A DNA stretch of 64,000 nucleotides from an uncultured Bacteroidales bacterium (lineage in GTDB: Bacteria; Bacteroidota; Bacteroidia; Bacteroidales; F082). Where the stretch lies: NCBI GenBank assembly GCA_900321315.1, contig ONVP01000002.1:272-64271 (forward strand), written 5' to 3'. Of this stretch, positions 27,275 to 39,252 are shown piece by piece. A program made the translations under genes and the position numbers. The notes beneath the pieces are model-generated. The model was not told the DNA's origin. It ran no database searches and was given only the letters and a program-made list of their open reading frames with translations. Each line of letters opens with the position of its first letter. Position 1 is the first letter of the stretch.

Positions 27275-27282
27275 TATTTTTG
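27275..27282 (+). promoter_or_regulatory. -7 box (TATTTTTG) upstream of the restriction endonuclease, preceded by the palindrome TTGCCAtTGGCAA
   Basis: Matches TAnnTTTG and lies 46 nt upstream of the ATG at 27328. The palindrome is at 27255-27267. Confidence 0.45.
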
Positions 27283-27327
27283 CATCCATAAATAGATTGC
27301 ATAATATGAATTAAACAGAGAGAATTT

Positions 27328-28743
27328 ATGGCAACAATAAAATCCACACTACCATACGACATCACCCAAGCCACAAGCATTTTTGAATTTAGCAAAGGCT
27401 TGTTGGGGAAGACTTTACGCGATTTTGTTTGGGAAGACTATAATCCAAAGAAAGGAAAAGGGGGACTTGGGCAGATGGTGGAAAATATCTTTTTTTTGCT
27501 CGAAACGAACAACTATGCCTGTGCCGATTTCTCAGAAGCTGGAATGGAGTTAAAATGCACTCCTTTGAAGAAAAGTAAACAAGACGATTATCTCATCAAG
27601 GAGCGGCTTGTATGCAATATGATTAACTATTGCGATGTTGTAAAAGACGACTTCGAACACTCACATTTCTATTTGAAATGCCAGTTGATGCTGTTGCTTT
27701 TCTATCTTCATCAGCAGAATTGCGACAACCTCGATTTGGAATTTATCTTCTCAGTACTCTGGAAACTGCCCAAAAAGGATTTATTGATTATCCGACACGA
27801 TTACGAGATTATTATCGACAAGATAAAACAAGGAAAGGCGCACGAACTCTCTGAAGGCGATACGATGTACCTTGGAGCTTGTCGCAAAGGGCAGAAAGGT
27901 GACAGCTTGATGAAGCAGCCATACAATCCCGATGTTGATGCTCCACGTAGAGCATTTAGCCTCAAAATGGCCTATATGCGTACTGTCTTGGAATATGTTG
28001 TTAAGAGTGGTAAAAACGCTGTCTCGAATGTTGAAGGAGCAAAATCAGAATTGGTTAGTACCAGTGCCCTTCTGAGACATTCTTTTGATGACATTATGCT
28101 CAGTCGTTTCAGACCATTCCTCAATATGCCATTTGAAATGATTGCGAAACGGAAGAAAGTCGACATCTCGAACAATCCTAAGAATAAATTCGCGATGGTC
28201 GCCAATGCAATTGCAGCTTCTACAAAGTGTACCAACGTAAACCGCTCGGAAGAATTCCTCAAAGCAGGCCTCACAATGAAAACTATTCGCATCCAAGCCA
28301 ACGGTGTCATTAATGAAGCAATGTCTTTTGAAAACATTGATTATATCGAGGTGGCTGAATGTGAAGAGTGGATAGAGTCTCGTCTGTACGAACTTTATTC
28401 CAGCCGTTTTATGTTTGTGGTGTTTAGGGAGCAAACAGCAGGCAACGAGGATTATGTGCAGGATGATGTCTTCTTTTGGACGATGCCTCAAAAGGATTTA
28501 GAGTGGGCGGAAGTATACTGGAATCATATTAGGAATAACATTCTTGCAGGCCATATTTCTGAAGAGTATTGGTGGAAGGGCGCAGACAAAAAGAAGTTTC
28601 ATGTCCGTCCTAAAGCTCAAAAGGCAATAGACTTGGCTCCAACGCCAGATGGTAAAGGAGCGAAGAAGTTTTGTTACTGGTTTAATAATGATTATGTTCG
28701 TGAGATTGTGGAAAATAGGAGAAAGGAGAAAATGAATGGCTAA
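27328..28743 (+). CDS. Sau3AI-family (MutH-like) type II restriction endonuclease, probably GATC-specific
   Basis: Several blocks track my recollection of Sau3AI. These include AGMELKCTPLKKSK..YLIKERLVCNMINY, IIDKIKQGKAHELSEGDTMYLGAC.KG, QPYNP...RRAFSLKMAYMRTVL and the C-terminal YWFNNDYVREIVE. Confidence 0.8.
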   Translation: MATIKSTLPYDITQATSIFEFSKGLLGKTLRDFVWEDYNPKKGKGGLGQMVENIFFLLETNNYACADFSEAGMELKCTPLKKSKQDDYLIKERLVCNMINYCDVVKDDFEHSHFYLKCQLMLLLFYLHQQNCDNLDLEFIFSVLWKLPKKDLLIIRHDYEIIIDKIKQGKAHELSEGDTMYLGACRKGQKGDSLMKQPYNPDVDAPRRAFSLKMAYMRTVLEYVVKSGKNAVSNVEGAKSELVSTSALLRHSFDDIMLSRFRPFLNMPFEMIAKRKKVDISNNPKNKFAMVANAIAASTKCTNVNRSEEFLKAGLTMKTIRIQANGVINEAMSFENIDYIEVAECEEWIESRLYELYSSRFMFVVFREQTAGNEDYVQDDVFFWTMPQKDLEWAEVYWNHIRNNILAGHISEEYWWKGADKKKFHVRPKAQKAIDLAPTPDGKGAKKFCYWFNNDYVREIVENRRKEKMNG

Positions 28744-30457
28744 ACATCATATAAGGGTAGTAGAACTATTTGCTGGTGTAGGAGGATTTCGCATAGGTCT
28801 TGAAGGTGCATCTGATGCCTACGAGACTATATGGAACAATCAGTGGGAACCTTCGACTCGGCATCAAGATGCATCTTTGGTATATCAAGCCCGTTTCGGA
28901 CGAAAAGGGCACTCCAATAAAGACATCAATCTTGTGCAGACAAAAGACATCCCAGACCACGATTTGCTAGTTGGCGGTTTTCCTTGTCAAGATTACTCGG
29001 TGGCTGCAACTTTAAGTAAGTCAGGTGGCATTGAAGGCAAGAAAGGTGTTCTGTGGTGGCAGATTTACCGTATTCTTGATGAGAAGGGCGATAAGCGTCC
29101 GCAATACATTTTTTTCGAGAACGTCGATCGCCTTTTGAGTTCTCCTGCGACTCAACGAGGACGCGATTTCGCAATCATCTTGGCTTCGCTTGCTGATTTG
29201 GGTTATATTGTCGAGTGGCGTATCATCAACGCCGCCGACTATGGAATGCCGCAACGCAGGCGAAGAACGTATATTGTTGGGTACTTGAAGACATCAATTG
29301 TGGCCAAAAAGATTGAGCGAATCGAAGACTGGGTGAAATACGATGGAGTAATGGCAAAGGCTTTTGAGTTTAAACCTAAGGCCAATACTGTTTCTGCTTT
29401 TGAAATTGAGGGAACTATTCAAGAAGTGTCAGCAGAATTTAACAAAGGCAAGAAAAACAGTCCTTTTGGTAATGCTGGCATAATGCTGAATCGTCATGTG
29501 TATTCAGTCGATGCAGAGCCTGTTTATGACGGACCTCGACAAACATTGGGAGGAAATCTCATAGATGAAAGCATGGTACCTGAAGACTTTTTTATCACCG
29601 AAAAGGAACTGCCCAAGTGGGAATATGAAAAAGGCGCAAAGAAAATAGAACGCGTTTCAAAAGAGGGTTATCAATATACTTTTTCAGAAGGAGGAATGGC
29701 TTTCCCGGATTATCTCGATCAACCTTCCCGCACCATCATCACTGGCGAAGGTGGTTCAGCTCCATCACGTTTCAAACATGTGGTGAAGACAAAATTGGGA
29801 CGCTATCGTCGTCTGCTTCCTATTGAGTTGGAACGCATGAATATGTTTCCCGACAACCACACCTACCATCCCGAGGTGTCGGACGGTCGTAGAGCTTTCT
29901 TGATGGGCAACGCACTTGTATGCGGTGTTATTGAGGCAATAGGCAAAAGTCTTTATCAAGCTATCTATGACAAAGCTCCGATTTCTTCAAAGCCTATCTT
30001 TACAGTCCGCGATGCAAAGCCTATGCTAGATTTGAAGTTGTTTGAAGACGAGGAAAATCCGATTATATTCAACAATCCTAAGAAACTGTATACATTAGAC
30101 CCCACAAAGCATCTGTTGATAGGTTTGGTAAAAAAAGACAACGAGAAATACTTCTTACAAAAAGAACCAACAAAGCTATATTACACAGGCAAGAACAAGA
30201 CATTCCCATCGACCATTGCCCTTAACAAACTCTATTATTTCATGCCCTACCTAAAAGAGAAAGGGGTTCGTGATTTGTATTTGATTCGTGTACTTCGTAT
30301 CGGCAATAAGGCTGAAATTCATCCCGAATCAAAAGACGAGGAACCGAGACTTGTGTTCGAGTTGGAATATCTGGAGAGTTTGCAGGATTATCAAAAAGTG
30401 CAAATTTACAGGTATTGGTATAAGGATACGCTGCTCGGGAGAATCATTGAGAAATAA
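28736..30457 (+). CDS. DNA (cytosine-5)-methyltransferase with a ~160-aa C-terminal extension
   Basis: The C5-MTase motifs are present. They are motif I VVELFAGVGGF, IV GGFPCQDYS, VI FFENVDRL, VIII PQRRRRTYIVG, IX-like RMNMFPDNHTY and X GNALVCGVIEAIG. It overlaps the endonuclease stop by 8 nt. Confidence 0.9.
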   Translation: MAKHHIRVVELFAGVGGFRIGLEGASDAYETIWNNQWEPSTRHQDASLVYQARFGRKGHSNKDINLVQTKDIPDHDLLVGGFPCQDYSVAATLSKSGGIEGKKGVLWWQIYRILDEKGDKRPQYIFFENVDRLLSSPATQRGRDFAIILASLADLGYIVEWRIINAADYGMPQRRRRTYIVGYLKTSIVAKKIERIEDWVKYDGVMAKAFEFKPKANTVSAFEIEGTIQEVSAEFNKGKKNSPFGNAGIMLNRHVYSVDAEPVYDGPRQTLGGNLIDESMVPEDFFITEKELPKWEYEKGAKKIERVSKEGYQYTFSEGGMAFPDYLDQPSRTIITGEGGSAPSRFKHVVKTKLGRYRRLLPIELERMNMFPDNHTYHPEVSDGRRAFLMGNALVCGVIEAIGKSLYQAIYDKAPISSKPIFTVRDAKPMLDLKLFEDEENPIIFNNPKKLYTLDPTKHLLIGLVKKDNEKYFLQKEPTKLYYTGKNKTFPSTIALNKLYYFMPYLKEKGVRDLYLIRVLRIGNKAEIHPESKDEEPRLVFELEYLESLQDYQKVQIYRYWYKDTLLGRIIEK

Positions 30458-30508
30458 ACTTATGTAAGATGTTGGCTGAATTTTACTTCCAAAGTTGGCC
30501 GTCTTATA

Positions 30509-32116
<1,608 letters not shown>

Positions 32117-32388
32117 GACAGTTCGGATTGAAAGCACAAAAATAGGAAAATTTCTTATTTCCTTGTTTTCTTCATAAAAAACGAAGCGACTTGCGCCGCT
32201 CCGTTTTGGATGTTTTCACTACGCGATGTTGCCTGACGAGGTGCTGCCGTAGGTCGCCGGCCTACGGTTACGGTGTGTTGCGCCTTGCCAAGGCGCTCAG
32301 TTTGTTGCATTTTGCGGCTGCCACGTTGCGGCAATGTTTCCACGTTGCGGCTGCCATGGTATGACAGCCCTACAACAACGCTGCCGTC

Positions 32389-32465
32389 TTATTCCTTCAC
32401 CACTTTGTGCACACTTTTACGCCCTTCCTCGTCGGTGACGAAATAGACGCCCGCCGGCAGGCCGC
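32389..32465 (-). pseudogene. Remnant of the last ~25 codons of a T9SS C-terminal sorting domain gene
   Basis: The minus strand reads ...GLGGLPAGVYFVTDEEGRKSVHKVVKE*. This is the typical end of a Por-secretion CTD. The upstream gene body is absent. Confidence 0.5.
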
Positions 32466-32790
32466 CGAGGCCGTCATCAAGCTCCTCAAGCCCTTCAAGA
32501 GGCACTTACTGTCTATCACCACCGACAACGGCGGGGAGTTCGCCAAGCACATGCTGGTCGCAAAGGCCCTCAACGCACAGGTCTTCTTCTCTGACCCCTA
32601 CTCCTCCTGGCAAAAGGGAACCGCCGAAAACACCAACAAACTCATCCGACAATACATCAACAAACAAATGAATATCAGCAATATAGAACACAACAAACTC
32701 ATAGTCATTCAAAACAAGTTAAACTACAGACCGCAAAAAGTGATTGCCTTCAACAATCCTGCAACTCTTTTTTATAACTTTGCTTGTTGA
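32466..32790 (+). mobile_element. 5'-truncated IS30-family transposase fragment (C-terminal ~108 aa)
   Basis: LSITTDNGGEFAKH...VFFSDPYSSWQKGTAENTNKLIRQYI matches the IS30 DDE region (DNGxEF ... PY.sWqkGtnEN.NgLlRqy). The listed ORF's first ~20 codons are a chimera read through the T9SS remnant. Confidence 0.7.
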
Positions 32791-33100
32791 ATCTATAACC
32801 AAAAAGAAGGATGCTTTTTCTGTTCATTTTGTTTGGTTTTAAGTTGGACATTTTGGATTCAATCTATTTTTGAAAAACTTTCGGTGGCAAAATTAGGTAC
32901 GTAAACTCTTTTTCCAATAGAGATATAGTTTTATTTTTTCCAAATATAGTTTTTTTTCAACTATAAAATTGTAATCTGCTGAAAAACAATTATTAACAAA
33001 AACAGAAATATAGGTGTTTTTAAGCCGTAATATAGGTGTATGGTACCAAATACGGGCTAAAACCAAGTGTTTTTAGGGCAAAAACGGGGAGAAAACAGGA

Positions 33101-33922
33101 TTAATCCGACAGGACATTGCGCAGTTGTTCCTTCATCTTGTCAGAATTTAGGTTCATCTTCTTGCGCAGAGTGGTACGGATTTGGTTGATGGTGTTTGGT
33201 TTCAACCCCAACAATTCGGCTATTTCCATGTTGGAAATGTCGCAAAACGACAACAGGCAAACCTTGGCTTCCGTTTCCGAAAGGTTGGAATACTTTTCCA
33301 TCAAAATGACGAAAAGGTTGGGGTAAACTGTTTCAATCGTGTCGCGTGCGGCCTCAAACAAGGTTTCTTTTCCATTCATCACCTGATTTACCAACGGCAA
33401 CCATTCGTGAATATGGACTTTTGTCCGCTTTTTTGCCCGTTCCACCGTAAGCATCATCTTGATCCGTTGGGCGATTTCTTCGTCTAAAACGGACAGCTTG
33501 ACCGATTGCCTAATGTCTTGTTTCATGGCATCAAATTGCAGCCTCATCTCCGCTTCCGACTTTCGCAATTGCTTGTGACGGAATTGAAGAAGCACTATGA
33601 TGACAACCGAAACCACCAACAAAACACTGATAATGAAAATAATCTTGTGCCTCGATATGACTTTTCTGTTCAATGCGTTCTGTATGGATTCGTAATCATA
33701 TTGCTGTTGTATTCTATAAACATTGTTTTCCTTCCGAATGTCCAATACTTCAATAAGCCATTTGTCGTATTGCTTCCAGTAGAACAAAGCCAAGGAGTCA
33801 TCATGTTGGATCTCGGCAAACCGCGCGGCACAACGCACCATGCGCCGCGCGTCGCGCGTGGTGGTGGTGCACGAGGCCAAAGCCAACAAGGCCAACAATC
33901 CTATGACTAATCGCCGTTTCAT
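33101..33922 (-). CDS. Membrane-anchored regulator with C-terminal LuxR/GerE-type HTH
   Basis: MKRRLVIGLLALLALASC is a signal plus lipobox. A central TM helix (IIFIISVLLVVSVVIIVLL) follows. The C-terminal LSETEAKVCLLSFCDISNMEIAELLGLKPNTINQIRTTLRKKM is an HTH. Start trimmed to the ATG at 33922. Confidence 0.7.
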   Translation of the reverse strand: MKRRLVIGLLALLALASCTTTTRDARRMVRCAARFAEIQHDDSLALFYWKQYDKWLIEVLDIRKENNVYRIQQQYDYESIQNALNRKVISRHKIIFIISVLLVVSVVIIVLLQFRHKQLRKSEAEMRLQFDAMKQDIRQSVKLSVLDEEIAQRIKMMLTVERAKKRTKVHIHEWLPLVNQVMNGKETLFEAARDTIETVYPNLFVILMEKYSNLSETEAKVCLLSFCDISNMEIAELLGLKPNTINQIRTTLRKKMNLNSDKMKEQLRNVLSD

Positions 33923-33995
33923 GGCGGCAAAATTATAAAAAAATCGGTCTTGCATATTCCAAAACTTTGTAATTTAGCACCATAATTCGACAAAG

Positions 33996-36845
33996 ATGGA
34001 AACCCCAACAAAAAAACTTTTCCTTTTGGATGCCTACGCGCTGATTTACAGGGCATTCTTCGCCTTGAACAAGAACCCGCGCATCAACTCGAAAGGCCTC
34101 AACACCTCGGCGGTGATGGGCTTTTTGAACTCTCTCTACGAGATTCTGAAAAACGAACGTCTCACCCACATCGGCGTGGCCTTCGACGTGGCAGGAACGG
34201 AGCAACGACAGGCCGAATACAGCGACTACAAAGCCAACCGCGAGAAAATGCCCGACGACCTCCGCGAGTCGATACCTTATATCATCAGGCTCATCGAAGC
34301 CTTCAACATACCGATTTACGGCGTGGAAGGCTACGAAGCCGACGATGTCATAGGAACGCTATCGAAAAAGGCTGAAAAACAAGGATTTACCACATATATG
34401 ATGACTCCAGACAAGGACTTCGGGCAGCTCGTCACCGACAAGGTTTTGCTCTACAAGCCCGCCAAGTTCGGCGAGCCGGCGCAAGTGTGGGGGCCAAAAG
34501 AGGTCTGCGAACGCTACGGCATCAAGGAACCCAAGCAACTCATTGACATTCTTGGACTTTGGGGCGATGCCGCCGACAACATTCCGGGCATTCCGGGCAT
34601 AGGGGAGAAGACAGCGGCACAACTCGTCGGACAATACGGCAGCGTGGAGAACCTCATCGCCCACGCCGACGAGCTGAAAGGCAAGCAAAAGGAAAACGTC
34701 CTCAACTTCGCCGAGCAAGGCTTGATGTCGAAAATGCTGGCTACCATTAATTTGGAAGTTCCGGTCGAGTTCGACGAGGAGGAACTGCGCGCCAAGGAAC
34801 CCGACCTGCCCGCGCTGATGGCTTTGTTCGAGGAACTGGAGTTCAAGACCTTCGCCAAGCGGTTTTTGGACGATTACAAGAAAACCCACGAGGGTTCGTC
34901 CGCCCTCATTGCGAGCGAAGCGCGGCAAGCAAAGGGAACGGGAAGCCAAGCACCAGACTTGTTCTCCAACGCTGACCAATTCGACCTTTTCAACCAAAGC
35001 GAAAACGAAGGCATTCTGCTGAATTTCAGCGACAAAGACTCGGCAAAAACAATACCCCACGACTACAAACTCGTGGAAACCGAAGCCGACATCAAGGCAT
35101 TGGTGGAATTGTTGTCAAAGCAAACGCAATTCGTCTTCGACACCGAAACGACAAATATCGACGTGTATTCCGCTGATTTGGTGGGACTTTCTTTCGCCAT
35201 CAAGGCGCATGAGGCTTGGTATTTGCCCATGTCCGCCAACCACGAGGAATGCCAAAAGAAATTAATTCTGTTAAAAAATTTGTTTGAAGATGAGGGCATA
35301 TTGAAAATCGGGCAGAATCTGAAATACGACATCTCCATGCTCGCGCAATACGGCATCAACGTGAAAGGAAAACTGTTCGACACGATGCTCGCACACTACC
35401 TCCTCGAACCCGAGCAACGCCACAATATGGACTACCTCGCCGAGGTTTATCTCAACTACCTCACCATCCCCATCGAAGACCTGATCGGCAAGGGACGACA
35501 ACAAAAAACCATGCGCGAAGTGCCGTTGGAACAGGTGAAAGAATACGCCGCCGAGGATGCCGACATCACGTTGCAACTCTATGAAAAACTGATGCCTTTG
35601 CTGAAAGAAAACGGCATGGAGAAACTGTTTTACGAGATTGAAATGCCGCTCGTGCCTGTGCTCAGCCGCATGGAGGCCAACGGAGTGAAAATTGACACAC
35701 GGAACTTGCAGCAAATCAGCGAAGAGTTTGGCGGCGAAATCCGCAAGATTGAGGAAGAGATTTATGCGCTGGCTGGCACATCTTTTAACATCGCCTCGCC
35801 AAAACAGTTGGGCGAAATACTGTTTGAAAGACTGAAAATCGACGAGAAGGCCAAGAAAACCAAGACGGGACAATATGCCACGGGCGAGGAGGTGCTGCAA
35901 AAACTCTCGCACAAGCACCCCATCATCCAAAAGATTTTGGACTATCGCTCGCTCACCAAACTGAAATCCACCTATTTGGATGCCTTGCCGGCTTTGGTCA
36001 ATCCGAAAGACGAACTGATTCACACCTCTTACAATCAAGCGGTTACGGCCACGGGGCGTTTGAGTTCCAACAACCCGAACCTGCAAAACATCCCCGTGCG
36101 CACAGCTCAGGGCCGCGAGATTCGTCGCGCCTTCGTGCCGCGCAGCCCGCAATACACGCTTCTTGCCGCCGACTACAGCCAAATCGAGTTGCGCATCATC
36201 GCCCACTTGAGCCAAGACCCCGCCATGGTCGCCGACTTCAACCTCGGCCACGACATTCACGCGGCCACGGCCGCCAAGGTGTTCCATGTGCCGATGAACG
36301 AGGTCACCAAGGAGCAGCGCAGCCGCGCCAAGGCGGTCAATTTCGGCATCATTTATGGCATGTCGGCCTTCGGTTTGGCCGAGAGGATGGAACTCTCGCG
36401 CAGCGAGGCCGCCGACATCATCAAGAAGTATTTCGAGGAGTACGCGGGCATCAAGGAATACATGAACCGCAGCATCGCTTTGGCGCGTGAACGCGGCTAT
36501 GCCGAAACCATCCTTGGCCGCCGCCGCTATTTGCGCGACATCAACAGTGCCAACAGCGTGGTGCGCGGTTTCGCCGAGCGCAACGCCATCAACGCGCCCA
36601 TACAAGGCAGCAGCGCCGACATGATCAAAATCGCCATGATCGGCATCCACGAGGAGATGCAACGGCTGAAAATGCAGTCGAAAATGATGCTGCAAGTGCA
36701 CGACGAATTGGTGTTCGACGCGCATTTGGACGAACTCAACGACTTGAAAGCCATCGTTCAAGACAAGATGGTGAACGCCTTGCCGCTGTCGGTGCCGGTG
36801 GTGGTGGAGATGAATACGGGAAACAACTGGTTAGAGGCACATTAG
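33996..36845 (+). CDS. polA: DNA polymerase I
   Basis: It is 949 aa with a 5'-nuclease domain (LLDAYALIYRAFFA), a 3'-5' exonuclease region and pol motifs (DYSQIELRIIAH, RSRAKAVNFGIIYG, QVHDELVF). Confidence 0.97.
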   Translation: METPTKKLFLLDAYALIYRAFFALNKNPRINSKGLNTSAVMGFLNSLYEILKNERLTHIGVAFDVAGTEQRQAEYSDYKANREKMPDDLRESIPYIIRLIEAFNIPIYGVEGYEADDVIGTLSKKAEKQGFTTYMMTPDKDFGQLVTDKVLLYKPAKFGEPAQVWGPKEVCERYGIKEPKQLIDILGLWGDAADNIPGIPGIGEKTAAQLVGQYGSVENLIAHADELKGKQKENVLNFAEQGLMSKMLATINLEVPVEFDEEELRAKEPDLPALMALFEELEFKTFAKRFLDDYKKTHEGSSALIASEARQAKGTGSQAPDLFSNADQFDLFNQSENEGILLNFSDKDSAKTIPHDYKLVETEADIKALVELLSKQTQFVFDTETTNIDVYSADLVGLSFAIKAHEAWYLPMSANHEECQKKLILLKNLFEDEGILKIGQNLKYDISMLAQYGINVKGKLFDTMLAHYLLEPEQRHNMDYLAEVYLNYLTIPIEDLIGKGRQQKTMREVPLEQVKEYAAEDADITLQLYEKLMPLLKENGMEKLFYEIEMPLVPVLSRMEANGVKIDTRNLQQISEEFGGEIRKIEEEIYALAGTSFNIASPKQLGEILFERLKIDEKAKKTKTGQYATGEEVLQKLSHKHPIIQKILDYRSLTKLKSTYLDALPALVNPKDELIHTSYNQAVTATGRLSSNNPNLQNIPVRTAQGREIRRAFVPRSPQYTLLAADYSQIELRIIAHLSQDPAMVADFNLGHDIHAATAAKVFHVPMNEVTKEQRSRAKAVNFGIIYGMSAFGLAERMELSRSEAADIIKKYFEEYAGIKEYMNRSIALARERGYAETILGRRRYLRDINSANSVVRGFAERNAINAPIQGSSADMIKIAMIGIHEEMQRLKMQSKMMLQVHDELVFDAHLDELNDLKAIVQDKMVNALPLSVPVVVEMNTGNNWLEAH

Positions 36846-36960
36846 CAAAAACGGCGAAAGTAAACAACGGCGAATCAGACGAATCCCGCGAACTTGGGTT
36901 TGCAGCAACAAAATTCGTTTCATTCGTTCAATTCGCCGTTGAAAGAAACCAAGCCGTTCC

Positions 36961-39021
36961 TTAGCCGACGCCACATCCTGCCGTCACCAAATCGCTCGGG
37001 GTGAGCAGCACTAAACGGCCGTCCTTGTCCTCAGCGGAGAGAATCATGCCCTCGCTGACCACACCCTTCAATTTGCGCGGCTCAAAGTTGGCGATGAAAC
37101 AGACCTGCTTGCCCACAAGTTTCTCAGGCTCAGTGTAATACTTCGCAATGCCGCTCACGATGGTGCGCTTGTTCATGCCGTCGTCAATGAGGAACTGGAG
37201 CAGCTTGTCGGCCTTCGGCACTTTTTGGCATTCCAAGATGGTGCCCACGCGGATGTCCACCTTCATAAAGTCGTCGAAAGTAACGGTCGGCTTGATGTCA
37301 TTGGGCTTCCAAGCGTTCATTTCGTTGGCCTTCTTGGTGTCTTCCAGCTTCTGCAACTGCGCCGCAACCACGCTGTCCTCGACCTTCTCAAACAGCAGCT
37401 CCGGCTGGTTGATGACATGGTCTTCGGGCAGCAAAACTGTACTTTCGGCATCGTTCCAGCCTTTCACTTCGAGGCCAATCATCTGTTGCAACTTCTTCGC
37501 GCTGAAAGGCAAGAAAGGCTCACTCAAGATGGCCAAATGCGCCACAATCTGCAACGAAACGGCCATCACGGTTTTCACTCTTTCGGGATCGGTCTTGATT
37601 TGCTTCCACGGCTCGTTGTCAGTGAGATACTTGTTGCCAAGGCGGGCCAAGTTCATCAGTTCGGACAGGGCCTCGCGGAACTTGTAGTTATCAATCAAGT
37701 GGCCGATTTTCTCGGGATAGCCGTTCATCTCCGCGATGGCAGCCAAGTCGGTGTCGTTGAGGTTGTCCATAGCTGGAACGGCACCTTCGTAGTATTTATG
37801 CGTCAAGACCAAAGTGCGGTTCACGAAGTTGCCAAAAATGGCCAAAAGCTCATTGTTGTTGCGGTCCTGATAGTCCTTCCAAGTGAAGTTGTTGTCCTTG
37901 GTTTCGGGCGCGTTTGCGGTCAAGACGTAACGCAGAACATCCTGTTTTCCAGGAAATTCCTGAAGATATTCATGCAGCCACACGGCCCAATTGCGTGAGG
38001 TCGAAATCTTGTCGTTTTCGAGGTTGAGGAACTCGTTGGCGGGCACGTTTTCGGGCACGATATAGTCGCCGTAGGCCTTTAACATGCAGGGGAAGATGAT
38101 ACAGTGGAACACGATGTTGTCCTTGCCGATGAAATGCACCAGCTTGCTTTCGGGGTCTTTCCACCATTTCTCCCAGTTCTCTCCACGGGCTTCGCAAACC
38201 TCCTTAGTGTTCGAGATGTAGCCGATGGGCGCATCGAACCAAACATACAAAACCTTGCCATCGGCACCTTCTATCGGGACGGGAACGCCCCAGTCGAGGT
38301 CGCGGGTGACGGCACGAGGCTGCAAGCCACCGTCCAACCAGCTTTTCACTTGGCCGTAAACGTTTGATTTCCATTCCTTGTGGCCTTCGAGAATCCACTC
38401 GCGAAGCCATGTTTCGTATTGGTCCAAAGGCAGATACCAGTGCTTGGTCGGTTTCTTCACCAAGGCCGCGCCACTGAGTTGCGAATGCGGGTTGATAAGT
38501 TCGTCGGGACTGAGGGACGAGCCGCATTTCTCGCATTGGTCGCCGTAAGCGCCGTCGGCACCGCATTTCGGGCAAGTGCCAACGATGTATCTGTCGCTCA
38601 GGAACTTCTGTCGCTCAGGGTCGAAGTATTGCTCCGTTTCCTTCTCGATGAACTTGCCCTCGTCGTAAAGCTTCTTGAAAAACTCTTGGGCCGTGACACG
38701 ATGCATCTTGGAAGAAGTGCGCGAATAAATATCGTAGCTAATGCCCAAGTCCTCGAACGATTTCTTGATGATACCGTGGTAGCGATCGACAATATCCTGA
38801 GGCGTAACGCCCTCTTTTTCAGCCTTAATCGTAATTGGTACACCGTGTTCGTCGGAACCCCCGACAAACAAGACTTCCTCGCCGCGCATTCGCAGATAGC
38901 GGACGTAGGTGTCGGCGGGGATATAAACTCCGGCCAAATGGCCGATATGGACAGGGCCGTTTGCGTATGGCAAGGCCGTGGTTACCGTGTAACGCTTGAA
39001 GGGTTTGTTCGTTGATTCCAT
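36961..39021 (-). CDS. metG: Methionine--tRNA ligase
   Basis: Class I HIGH motif ([14 protein letters not shown]), Cys-rich knuckle ([18 protein letters not shown]), KMSKS-region equivalent, and a C-terminal tRNA-binding (EMAP-like) domain. Confidence 0.97.
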   Translation of the reverse strand: MESTNKPFKRYTVTTALPYANGPVHIGHLAGVYIPADTYVRYLRMRGEEVLFVGGSDEHGVPITIKAEKEGVTPQDIVDRYHGIIKKSFEDLGISYDIYSRTSSKMHRVTAQEFFKKLYDEGKFIEKETEQYFDPERQKFLSDRYIVGTCPKCGADGAYGDQCEKCGSSLSPDELINPHSQLSGAALVKKPTKHWYLPLDQYETWLREWILEGHKEWKSNVYGQVKSWLDGGLQPRAVTRDLDWGVPVPIEGADGKVLYVWFDAPIGYISNTKEVCEARGENWEKWWKDPESKLVHFIGKDNIVFHCIIFPCMLKAYGDYIVPENVPANEFLNLENDKISTSRNWAVWLHEYLQEFPGKQDVLRYVLTANAPETKDNNFTWKDYQDRNNNELLAIFGNFVNRTLVLTHKYYEGAVPAMDNLNDTDLAAIAEMNGYPEKIGHLIDNYKFREALSELMNLARLGNKYLTDNEPWKQIKTDPERVKTVMAVSLQIVAHLAILSEPFLPFSAKKLQQMIGLEVKGWNDAESTVLLPEDHVINQPELLFEKVEDSVVAAQLQKLEDTKKANEMNAWKPNDIKPTVTFDDFMKVDIRVGTILECQKVPKADKLLQFLIDDGMNKRTIVSGIAKYYTEPEKLVGKQVCFIANFEPRKLKGVVSEGMILSAEDKDGRLVLLTPSDLVTAGCGVG

Positions 39022-39212
39022 TGTAATGTAAGTTGATAGTTGTTAAGTTGTTCGGTTAATAACTCCACTCAATCCACCGCCCCTTTGGAAAAGCGAAAAG
39101 TCATCCTCTTAAAAGGGGGAGGGAGAAACGGCTGCAAAGTTACTAATATTTATAGAACGACCCGACAAAGAAGTGATTGTAATTTTTTTGTGAAGGATTT
39201 TCGGGAAATGAG

Positions 39213-39220
39213 TATCTTTG
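39213..39220 (+). promoter_or_regulatory. -7 box (TATCTTTG) upstream of mnmA
   Basis: Matches TAnnTTTG and lies 33 nt upstream of the ATG at 39253. Confidence 0.45.
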
Positions 39221-39252
39221 CAGTTGATTGACAAAGGAAAAACCGTTTGACG

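Noticed and set aside
27042-27395. A 117-aa minus-strand ORF overlapping the start of the restriction endonuclease.
   Set aside because: It lies in AT-rich promoter DNA, has a Cys/Phe/Ile-rich nonsense-like composition, and overlaps the well-supported Sau3AI-family gene and its promoter.
32407-32465. The first ~20 codons of the listed ORF 32407..32790 (MHTFTPFLVGDEIDARRQAA).
   Set aside because: This stretch is the antisense of the T9SS-CTD remnant, not transposase sequence. The IS30-like similarity only begins around 32466, so the ORF is a chimera created by the junction.
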